Assembly: GCA_020632535.1 (NCBI GenBank)
Contig: JACKFJ010000003.1
Location: 166,166 to 230,165 of the forward strand
Source of the DNA: Candidatus Omnitrophota bacterium
GTDB lineage: Bacteria > Omnitrophota > Gorgyraeia > Zapsychrales > JANLHA01
Direction of reading: 5' to 3'
Length of the DNA: 64,000 bases
Shown: piece after piece, positions 35,018-42,499 of the stretch
How positions within the stretch are numbered: position 1 is the stretch's first letter
How the letters are laid out: each line of letters begins with the position of its first letter
The notes under the pieces: generated by a model
Databases searched by the model: none
The model's input: the letters and a program-made list of their open reading frames with translations, nothing else
What the model was told of the DNA's origin: nothing
Program-made: the position numbers and the translations under genes

Positions 35018-36826
35018 ATGAATTATCCAAACTTTGACAAACTCGACGGAACACATCCTTGGCGTCAGGTCAGCCCAGAAGGTTACGAAGACTATCCTGT
35101 ACGCTACCGAAAAGGTGGACAGGTTATCTTTTTTAATTTTCCACTAGCAAAAGACTTAGGATTAATCAGCAAAAACCATCCCGCCCGCATAAACCCGCTG
35201 CTTAACCAAAAAATCCTAGAAACATTTTCCTTACAAATCCTCAACGAATATGATTGGATCAATCGCAAACGCTATCCCCAAGACAAATATGTCAATAACC
35301 TTTATATGGCAACCCGCTATCTTCAGCAACAACATAAAAGCCGCAGCGGCAAGACCAGCGGAGACGGACGGAGCATTTGGAACGGCACGATTACCAATCA
35401 ACAGGGCACGACTTTTGATGTCTCAAGCCGAGGTACCGGCAACACCATCCTTAGTCCCGGCGCGCAACTGACCCAAAAACCAATTGCGGTCGGCGACAAT
35501 TCACTTGGGTATTCTTCCGGCTTAGCCGACGCTGATGAAATGCTTGGCGGCGCGCTCATGTCCGAGATCTTTTATCAGCGGGGGATCCCGACGGAACGCA
35601 CTTTAGCCGTGATCTTTTACTCGGATAAAACATCAATTGGTGTGCGTACAGCACCCAATCTTTTAAGACCAGCCCATTTATTTCGTTATCTAAAAAGCGG
35701 TCAATACAATGAACTCAAAGCGTCGTTTGACTATTATTTGAAACGCCAAGAAAGTAATAAAGTTTTTAAACTGCCCAAAACACAAAACGCCCGCTATCGA
35801 TCTGTTCTTAAATATTTGATCCGAACCCATGCAAAATTTGCGGCACTCTTAGAGGAAGAATATATTTTTAACTGGCTTGCTTGGGACGGCGATAATCTGC
35901 TTATCGATGGGGCGGTTCTTGATTATGGGTCAGTGCGTCAGTTCGCGGCAAAACACAGCAAATACCGATACCTCGACGTAAACCGCTATTCCGCAAGTTT
36001 GACCGAGCAAAAAAGAGAATCGCGCTACATCATCCAAACATTTATTCAAATGATTGATTTTCTCATTACCAAAAAGAAAAAAACGATCGATCACTTTTTT
36101 CATGATAAACAATTAACCTTGTTCGATCAGTTTTATCAAGAAGAGAGTTGTAAATACATGTTGTGGAATATGGGATTTGAACACGCTCATATCAAAAAAA
36201 TCGTCAAACATCACAAAAAAGAATTAACTGTTTTCCGTCGAGCATTAAATTATTTTGAGGATATTAAAGACCCAAAAGGTCAAGAAAAACTCCCCGACGG
36301 CATCGACCATCCGCCGATATTTCTGGTTCGCAATATTCTTCGTGAACTGCCGCAATTTCTTTATAAGCACCGCAAAGAAAAAGTATGGCCATTCTTACCT
36401 GCTGATGAATTTTGTCGCATTATGACAAAATCGTATATTGAAGCTACGGATCTTAACCTGACACCGCTGCGCAAAAAACGCGCGCTTGACTTTCAGCGCA
36501 AATACATGGACCTTATTGATGCCGTTGGAAAAAATAAGCGCGTTAAGACACTCAAAAAAATCGCTGATCGCGCGGCCGTCATCAATTATGAATACCGCGG
36601 AACTGGCGACGGACTCACATGGATTACAAAAGAAGCAATCAAAGCCCAAAATCGACTTGACCAAAATACCTTTCAAGAAGTATTAGACCGCTATATCGAA
36701 TCCCAAATCTTAGTCCCGGGAAAATTTAAACCGATCCAAAAATCAGAATTCAAAGGACGTAGTCACAAGGCAAAACTATTACGCAATATGTGGGAAGTCT
36801 TAGAAGAATTCAACGAATCGATTTAA
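35018..36826 (+). CDS. Divergent SelO/YdiU-like pseudokinase-fold protein (putative AMPylase)
   Basis: Blocks are collinear with E. coli YdiU as I remember it: SGDGRSIWNG vs LGDGRGILLG; SSRGTGNT vs LKGAGLTP; MSEIFYQRGIPTERTLAVI vs ASEAMHYLGIPTTRALSIV; RPAHLFRY vs APSHLRFG; WDGDNLLIDGAVLDYGSVRQF vs [21 protein letters not shown]. It is about 120 aa longer than YdiU. Confidence 0.6.
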   Translation: MNYPNFDKLDGTHPWRQVSPEGYEDYPVRYRKGGQVIFFNFPLAKDLGLISKNHPARINPLLNQKILETFSLQILNEYDWINRKRYPQDKYVNNLYMATRYLQQQHKSRSGKTSGDGRSIWNGTITNQQGTTFDVSSRGTGNTILSPGAQLTQKPIAVGDNSLGYSSGLADADEMLGGALMSEIFYQRGIPTERTLAVIFYSDKTSIGVRTAPNLLRPAHLFRYLKSGQYNELKASFDYYLKRQESNKVFKLPKTQNARYRSVLKYLIRTHAKFAALLEEEYIFNWLAWDGDNLLIDGAVLDYGSVRQFAAKHSKYRYLDVNRYSASLTEQKRESRYIIQTFIQMIDFLITKKKKTIDHFFHDKQLTLFDQFYQEESCKYMLWNMGFEHAHIKKIVKHHKKELTVFRRALNYFEDIKDPKGQEKLPDGIDHPPIFLVRNILRELPQFLYKHRKEKVWPFLPADEFCRIMTKSYIEATDLNLTPLRKKRALDFQRKYMDLIDAVGKNKRVKTLKKIADRAAVINYEYRGTGDGLTWITKEAIKAQNRLDQNTFQEVLDRYIESQILVPGKFKPIQKSEFKGRSHKAKLLRNMWEVLEEFNESI

Positions 36827-36917
36827 GAATTTTGTGAAGTGTGAACAAAAGCCCAACAGAGCAAGCGGCCTTCGAAAAAGCCATCTTGCAAATACACCAA
36901 AAAAATAAATAACATTA

Positions 36918-37217
36918 TTGTTTATCGATATTCTAAAACGAAAAAAAGATCAACTAACAGACACAAAAACTATTACACCACGAAAATTAATTGCGCTTCT
37001 TTTAATAATCGGCGGATTAAGTTTTGCGACTGTCAATCAAATAGCCTATGCTTCTTGTACTGCCAGATCCGTAGCATGCCCATCATCATTTCCAGCTGGA
37101 TCAACAGGATATATTTGTACGAATGAATACGCACAATGCAGTTGGACTGGCAATTGTTTAACCGTCAAGGGAACAATGCCGTGGGATTCAGATTGCGAAT
37201 GCAAATGCACACAGTAA
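36918..37217 (+). CDS. Small secreted Cys-rich protein (8 Cys in a mature domain of about 54 aa)
   Basis: TTG start with no clear RBS. A signal anchor is followed by AYA|S, then C-x6-C-x13-C-x6-C-x5-C-x13-C-x-C-x-C. Confidence 0.4.
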   Translation: MFIDILKRKKDQLTDTKTITPRKLIALLLIIGGLSFATVNQIAYASCTARSVACPSSFPAGSTGYICTNEYAQCSWTGNCLTVKGTMPWDSDCECKCTQ

Positions 37218-37241
37218 GCAAATTAAACAACTCATGTTGAA

Positions 37242-37442
37242 ATGATGAAAAAATATTGGATACTTACGATTGGCTTAATTCTTACAGTAATATTCGTAAT
37301 CCCATTTTTACCCGGCGGTTCTTTTTTAACGTTTTTTCCGGGATATTATAATGCTGTAAGTGCTGTTTATAAACCTTTTGGTTATACATTAACCTGTTCT
37401 GACCTCCATGGCGGGTGGCGATGCAAATTGCATAAAAACTAA
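37242..37442 (+). CDS. Small membrane protein with a C-terminal Cys pair
   Basis: 66 aa with an N-terminal TM span and a C-terminal CSDLHGGWRC. Confidence 0.35.
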   Translation: MMKKYWILTIGLILTVIFVIPFLPGGSFLTFFPGYYNAVSAVYKPFGYTLTCSDLHGGWRCKLHKN

Positions 37443-37551
37443 GCGTCAACCGATCATAGATCTGCTTCCAATCATTTAAATTTAACGATAATTTTGGATG
37501 TACCAATTATAACGATTGTTTCATAACCAATAGTGGTAGTTGTATTACTGA

Positions 37552-37599
37552 GACTTTTCACGACTTTTCCAGACTCTCCCTGACTTTTCTCGACTTTTC
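37552..37599 (+). promoter_or_regulatory. Five direct GACTTTTC repeats (one variant, GACTCTCC) at exact 10-bp phasing
   Basis: Copies start at 37552, 37562, 37572, 37582 and 37592. The array ends 5 bp before a -35 hexamer. Confidence 0.7.
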
Positions 37600-37604
37600 C
37601 TAAT

Positions 37605-37633
37605 TTGCTTATCGGATAACTATGTTTTATACT
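37605..37633 (+). promoter_or_regulatory. Candidate promoter, TTGCTT-17-TATACT
   Basis: -35 at 37605-37610 and -10 at 37628-37633, upstream of the AGGAAAGGA RBS and GTG 37721. Confidence 0.4.
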
Positions 37634-37720
37634 TCTCTTCAGATGATAATTACAAACTGTCATAAAAAGGCCTATAAAAAACTAAGTACATTTTTGATCT
37701 GTCTTAGGAAAGGAAAAATT

Positions 37721-39340
37721 GTGTGGAATTATATTGGGTCAAGTAAGCAATTTTTTGTTTTGAGTTTCTTATTTGTTTTTGGAATATTAACATTGACTTG
37801 CCAAATGGTTGATTCCGCTACTTTCTCATATTTTCCTTCCATTGATGGAAAATCTTACAATCAACTACCGCGTCAATCGCAACCTTCAACAAACTTATTA
37901 AAAACTGTCGTATTATATGATGTTAAGAATAATGTTATTTCTCCACCATTAGTATTAACAAATAACGGCTCCTATGATGTTGATTATAATTCAGAAGACG
38001 TCGGAGTTGTTGATATTACCTTAAAATCCGTTTATGCTCCCACAGGATATTTTCTTTCTATTGATGGCGTTCCTATTCATGCGCAAAAATCAGTTACAAA
38101 TCAGCCTTTACAATTTTATTTTTCCGATGATCTGTTCGCTAATGGATTAACCAGAATGTTTCAAGTCGATGTCTTGAAGAAAACTCGAGCTGGGTGGACT
38201 ATTATGCAGTCCATAAAATTTCACTTAACAAATAAACATAAAGACTCAAATCAAGAGCCGGATCCAACAGGGTACGTTCCTCCCGATACGAACACATGGT
38301 CACGTTACCCCGACAATTTGATTGTAAATCCTGCTAAATTTAAAATTGGTCCAGCACAAGAAGCTGGGTTTAACACAGCTGATCCTTGTGTACTCTTTGA
38401 TAAAAAGACAAACAAATGGCATGCCTATTTCTCAAGCATGATTATGAGTCAAGATGTACAAGTTATTAAGCATGTCGAAAGCAGTGACGCGATTAATTGG
38501 ACGGTTAAAAACGATATCGCCCTTGATCATGGTCCAGAGGGAACATGGGATAGCCAAATGGTTGAAACTTGTTCCGTCGTTTCTGTAGAAACAAAACCCG
38601 GAACTTTCCAGTATTTAATGTACTACTCTGGATCCAACACGGATTTTGGTGATGATCGTGATCGGTATTCAATTGGACTGGCTGTTTCTGATAACCCGGA
38701 TACATTTACACGTATTCCATTGAATCAGTCTCCTAAAAATGTTTCTGGATTATTATTTGATGCAAAAACAGCATTTGCAAAAAACACCGCGGTTGTCGAT
38801 GGTTTAGTCACAGACCCGGATGTGATGTATCAAGATGGAATGTTCAAAATGTGGTTCTATTGTGCTGGCGTCAATAATGCTGGGAAATATGTCGATGGCG
38901 GTATTTGTTATGCGACATCGTCCGATGGGATTAATTGGGATCATAAGGGATCCTTGATGTCACTATTAAATGAACATACCGTAGGTGTTGTCGCTCAACA
39001 ACCAACAGTTATTTTTAATGATATCTCCGGGCTCTATGAAATATGGGTTGTGATTGATGACCCAGCTTATCATTCATACGGTATACCGGGACTGGCTGTT
39101 GGCGGATATTATCATGCGACATCCAAAGATGGTGTAAATTGGACGTATTCCAGTAAAACTAATTATGACTTTCTGTGGAACAAAAACTTAATTAGTGAAA
39201 ATACTGGCCTCGCCAATGGTCCAGATGTTGTTTTTCATAATGGTTTTTATTATCTATTTTATACCTCGTTTACGACACAAAATATTTTACCAAATTCTTA
39301 TCCTTATATATGGGGTTTGAATTTTGCAACCAAGAAATAA
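37721..39340 (+). CDS. Exported five-bladed beta-propeller protein, GH43/GH32-like glycoside hydrolase fold
   Basis: Repeated blade signatures: DPCVLFDKKTNKWHAYFS, WDSQMVETCSVV, DPDVMYQDGMFKMWFY and GPDVVFHNGFYYLFYT. GTG 37721, behind a good RBS, gives a signal-peptide N-terminus. The track ATG 37622 lies inside the predicted promoter. Confidence 0.5.
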   Translation: MWNYIGSSKQFFVLSFLFVFGILTLTCQMVDSATFSYFPSIDGKSYNQLPRQSQPSTNLLKTVVLYDVKNNVISPPLVLTNNGSYDVDYNSEDVGVVDITLKSVYAPTGYFLSIDGVPIHAQKSVTNQPLQFYFSDDLFANGLTRMFQVDVLKKTRAGWTIMQSIKFHLTNKHKDSNQEPDPTGYVPPDTNTWSRYPDNLIVNPAKFKIGPAQEAGFNTADPCVLFDKKTNKWHAYFSSMIMSQDVQVIKHVESSDAINWTVKNDIALDHGPEGTWDSQMVETCSVVSVETKPGTFQYLMYYSGSNTDFGDDRDRYSIGLAVSDNPDTFTRIPLNQSPKNVSGLLFDAKTAFAKNTAVVDGLVTDPDVMYQDGMFKMWFYCAGVNNAGKYVDGGICYATSSDGINWDHKGSLMSLLNEHTVGVVAQQPTVIFNDISGLYEIWVVIDDPAYHSYGIPGLAVGGYYHATSKDGVNWTYSSKTNYDFLWNKNLISENTGLANGPDVVFHNGFYYLFYTSFTTQNILPNSYPYIWGLNFATKK

Positions 39341-39356
39341 AGAAATAACTTACAAT

Positions 39357-39396
39357 ACCATAACCCGAATTAATTTAAGTTCAGTCGTGTGTCCCG
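39357..39396 (+). repeat. Direct repeat, copy A: a duplicate of the 5' leader and start of the SET paralog 2 gene
   Basis: ACCATAACCCGAATTAATTTAAGTTCAGTCGTGTGTCCCG matches 40046-40085 at 32/40 positions by manual alignment. Confidence 0.75.
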
Positions 39397-39404
39397 ATAA
39401 TTAA

Positions 39405-40028
39405 AAGGAATATAATGAAAGAGAAAGCATCGGCATCCGACGAAACTTTGATATTTTCAAACAGTTTTTTGCTGTCGAAATATCCGATAGCGCAATAGCA
39501 CAAATCAAGAAAAGGGCACTAAACAAGTTGGTGGAGATTAAGAAATTTGATGGTTATAAGATCCCTTACCAGAATAAAGCTTTTGATTTAGCCTATTGCA
39601 CTCACGTGATCGAACATGTCGAACATCCACGAACGGTACTACGAGAAATTAAGCGCGTGAGCAATTTTCAGGTCTTTGAAATCCCGCTCGATTATTCAAA
39701 TACTGTTGACTCAAAAGTCCAGCATTTTTTATCCTATGGCCACATCAATGTTTTTACACCTGCCATTTTCAAATTTCTTTTACGATCGGAAGGATTTGAA
39801 ATTATCAATGAGCATTTTTCACATTTACACCCGGAGGTTCTGCGCTATAGTTGGTATAAAAACGCAAAGTTAAAAAAAACATTAGCAAGGGAGACTACAA
39901 TTAACATTCTGCCTTTCTTGCGATTGATCAAACAGATCATTTATGGTCCAGTCCGTTATCGAGAGTTCGGTTATTCGGCCTACACATGCTTGACCAAATC
40001 TGTAGGGGATTTAAAAGTATTGACTTAA
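39405..40028 (+). pseudogene. N-terminally degraded class I SAM-dependent methyltransferase remnant
   Basis: The frame is open from the stop at 39402. It reads ...NFDIFKQFFAVEISDSAIAQIKKRALNK.VEIKKFDGYKIPYQNKAFDLAYCTHVIEHVEHPRTVLREIKRV. Post-motif-I blocks are intact, but the glycine-rich SAM loop between the 'LDIGCG' position and the 'V.G.DIS' block is missing. No ATG or GTG occurs before TTG 39528. Confidence 0.55.
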
Positions 40029-40045
40029 TAGATTAAGGGACACAC

Positions 40046-40085
40046 ACCATAACCCGAATAAATTCAGATTCAGTCATGCATCCCC
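40046..40085 (+). repeat. Direct repeat, copy B (the functional leader and ATG of SET paralog 2)
   Basis: ACCATAACCCGAATAAATTCAGATTCAGTCATGCATCCCC; see copy A. Confidence 0.75.
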
Positions 40086-40591
40086 GAAAATCCATTACTA
40101 AACACATGCCCAAAGTCACTCTGCGAAATTCATCCATTCACAATGCAGGAATCTTTGCTGACGAACATATTGCCGAAGGCACACGCATTATTCAATACGT
40201 GGGCGAAAAGATTACTGCGAAAGAAGCCGAGCGCAGAAAAGATGCCCAACTCGAAAATCACCGTAATGACCAAGATAACGGGGCGGTCTATATTTTTGAA
40301 CTTAACAAAAGATATTGCATCGACGGCAACGTGTCCTACAACACCGCGCGGCATATCAATCACTCATGTGACCCAAATGCAGAGACGGATGTTATTCGTG
40401 GGAAAATTTGGATTATTGCGATCAAAGACATCAAAGCCGGCGAAGAAATCACCTATAACTACGGTTATGATTTTGACGAAAATTACAAAGACCACCCTTG
40501 TCGATGCGGGGCGGCCAATTGCATGAGTTTTATTGTCCACTACGATTTCTGGCCTCAATTACAAAAAGCGCTTAAGAGCAATAACAAATAA
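40076..40591 (+). CDS. SET-domain protein, paralog 2
   Basis: About two-thirds identical to the 10525-11007 product across the core by manual alignment (69/99 positions). NHSCDPNAE, YNYGYD, and the post-SET CRCGAANC. Confidence 0.8.
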   Translation: MHPRKSITKHMPKVTLRNSSIHNAGIFADEHIAEGTRIIQYVGEKITAKEAERRKDAQLENHRNDQDNGAVYIFELNKRYCIDGNVSYNTARHINHSCDPNAETDVIRGKIWIIAIKDIKAGEEITYNYGYDFDENYKDHPCRCGAANCMSFIVHYDFWPQLQKALKSNNK

Positions 40592-40623
40592 TAGGGCTCC
40601 CGATTAAAATTCATTTACTTCTG

Positions 40624-40719
40624 CTAAAAATGCCCCCGATGCCGTCGGCTTCGCGCGGAGCGCTCTGCACTCCCTCGCACATTACGTGCTTGGTCGAAAG
40701 ACGGCGTTTTACTTTTTAG
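40624..40719. other. GC-rich structured intergenic island
   Basis: CTAAAAA...GCCGTC (40624-40646) pairs imperfectly with GACGGC...TTTTTAG (40700-40719) around the core GGCTTCGCGCGGAGCGCTCTGCACTCCCTCGCAC. GC content is far above the flanking sequence. Confidence 0.5.
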
Positions 40720-40801
40720 ATAGTTAATTGTATAATTTGCAGGCAAAAGGGAAGCGGGCAATTCTAGAACAAATCCTTAGCTCGCATTAATTTTTAGAAC
40801 T

Positions 40802-41122
40802 TTGATTCTGCTCTTTTGTTTTATGAGCATATGTTTATTTTCTGTTCAAGTTTATGCGCAAGTTGTAGATAATGAATTTTTTAGCACATTAAAAACCGTA
40901 AAAATTAATTATAAAACCACTGACTCGTATAAGTTGCCAGGATTTGATAATGATAAAATTGGGACACTATTGGTTCTTATTAATTTTCAAGGTAATAAAA
41001 TGCGTTTAGAATTAACAAAACCGCTTGATTCAAACACATCAACATCAACGGATGTGAGCTTCTATAATGGGAAAAGATATTATATGCTTAATACTTGGAA
41101 GAACGAGAAGAAGGCAGTATGA
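40802..41122 (+). CDS. Hypothetical exported protein, possibly the 5' part of a frameshifted gene
   Basis: TTG start with a signal-like N-terminus. A second open frame (41118 to about 41238, ...YEERYQKVKQGKIKLERGETIIRVNNGAVEAYGNDEDLRN) continues in another frame straight after its stop. Confidence 0.3.
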   Translation: MILLFCFMSICLFSVQVYAQVVDNEFFSTLKTVKINYKTTDSYKLPGFDNDKIGTLLVLINFQGNKMRLELTKPLDSNTSTSTDVSFYNGKRYYMLNTWKNEKKAV

Positions 41123-41346
41123 AGAGAGATATCAAAAAGTAAAACAAGGCAAAATAAAGTTGGAACGTGGAGAAACTATAATAAGAGTAAATAATGGAGC
41201 AGTTGAAGCTTATGGCAATGACGAAGATTTAAGAAATTAGTGGCCGTTTCTCATTAACTGCAAGCCGTGTCGGATCTGATTTACGCTAAATAATCACGTT
41301 AACAAGTCACAATGCCCCTAAAGTGACGAACTAAAGGGGGGCAAGT

Positions 41347-42354
41347 ATGAATATGAAGAAGCTAAGTCCAAGAGAAACTCAAGACATCATCGTTTTTCGC
41401 CCTCAAGGGGCAAAAATAACCGTCGAAGTTCATTTCAAGAGTGAAACCGTGTGGCTTACCCAAGCCCAAATCGCCGTCCTTTTTGGAACTAAGCGTCCCG
41501 CCATCACTAAGCATTTACTTAGTATATTCAAAAATAAAGAGTTGAGTCAGAAATCAGTATGTTCCATTTTGGAACATACTGCCACTGATGGGAAAGTCTA
41601 TAAAACCCAATACTACAATTTAGATGCAATTATTTCTATCGGGTATCGAGTAAATTCTATCCGAGCGACGCAATTCCGAATTTGGGCAACTCAAGTATTA
41701 AAACAGCATTTAATTCAGGGCTATACGATTAATGATAAACGCCTTAAAGAACACACAGCGAGTTTAAAGACTCTGCAAAATGCCGTAAAAATGCTCGCAG
41801 ATTTAAGCCAGCGCAAAGCTTTGACCAGCGATGAAGCGACTGGGCTATTTGAGGTTCTCCGTGATTATAGCTATGGTTTGGATGTTTTAGATGATTATGA
41901 CCATGGCCGCATTGGAATCAAATCAGCTACGGCTAAAAAATCTTATCAATTAACTTATGATGAAGGCATGCGCTTGGTTCAGCAAATGAGCCAAAAGTTT
42001 GGTGGGAGTAGTTTATTTGGACACGAAAAGGACGAATCGTTTAAAAGTGCTTTAGGAGCAATTTACCAGACATTCGGTACTAAAGATTTGTACCCCAGCA
42101 TTGAAGAGAAAGCAGCAAATTTACTTTATCTAGTTGTTAAGAATCATGCCTTTTCCGATGGCAATAAACGCATCGCTGCAGCATTGTTCGTCTGGTTCCT
42201 TGACCGCAATAAAATTCTTTATAAAACTGATGGTAGCAAGCGGATTGCAGACAATGCTTTGGTTGCTATAACTCTTATGATCGCCGAGAGCCAACCCAAA
42301 GAAAAAGATGTGATTACTGCTTTAGTGGTAAACTTGATTAATAAATTAAACTAA
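41347..42354 (+). CDS. RhuM-family N-terminal domain fused to a Doc-type Fic domain
   Basis: The N-terminal part has WLTQAQIAVLFGTKRPAITKHL...YYNLDAIISIGYRVNSIRATQFRIWATQVLK (RhuM pattern). The C-terminal motif HAFSDGNKRIAAA is the Doc variant of the Fic motif (GNKR rather than GNGR). A GGGGGG RBS is present. Confidence 0.75.
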   Translation: MNMKKLSPRETQDIIVFRPQGAKITVEVHFKSETVWLTQAQIAVLFGTKRPAITKHLLSIFKNKELSQKSVCSILEHTATDGKVYKTQYYNLDAIISIGYRVNSIRATQFRIWATQVLKQHLIQGYTINDKRLKEHTASLKTLQNAVKMLADLSQRKALTSDEATGLFEVLRDYSYGLDVLDDYDHGRIGIKSATAKKSYQLTYDEGMRLVQQMSQKFGGSSLFGHEKDESFKSALGAIYQTFGTKDLYPSIEEKAANLLYLVVKNHAFSDGNKRIAAALFVWFLDRNKILYKTDGSKRIADNALVAITLMIAESQPKEKDVITALVVNLINKLN

Positions 42355-42390
42355 GGCGTAACCGATGGGGCAACTATTTGAGGACTTTAA

Positions 42391-42488
42391 ATGGATTCCC
42401 GATAAAAATATTCGGGAATGACAGAAGATACGATTAGGGGATGACAATTAAAGGGATTGCTTCGTCCGCCAAGGGCGGACTCGCAATG
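42391..42488. repeat. REP-like palindromic cluster, copy 2
   Basis: ATGGATTCCCGATAAAAATATTCGGGAATGACA, then GGGGATGACAA, then the hairpin ATTGCTTCGTCCGCCAAGGGCGGACTCGCAAT. Confidence 0.8.
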
Positions 42489-42499
42489 GTAATAAACTT

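Noticed and set aside
37622-37720. ATG 37622 as the start of the beta-propeller gene.
   Set aside because: It lies between the predicted -35 and -10 hexamers and would place about 45 non-signal residues before the hydrophobic segment. The in-frame GTG 37721 has an AGGAAAGGA RBS and gives a normal export signal.
39341-42499. A prophage, integrative element or IS in the decayed region.
   Set aside because: There is no integrase, transposase, recombinase, tRNA target or phage structural gene. Only a leader duplication, REP-like units and a RhuM-Doc gene are present. I describe it as a variable islet, not a defined mobile element.
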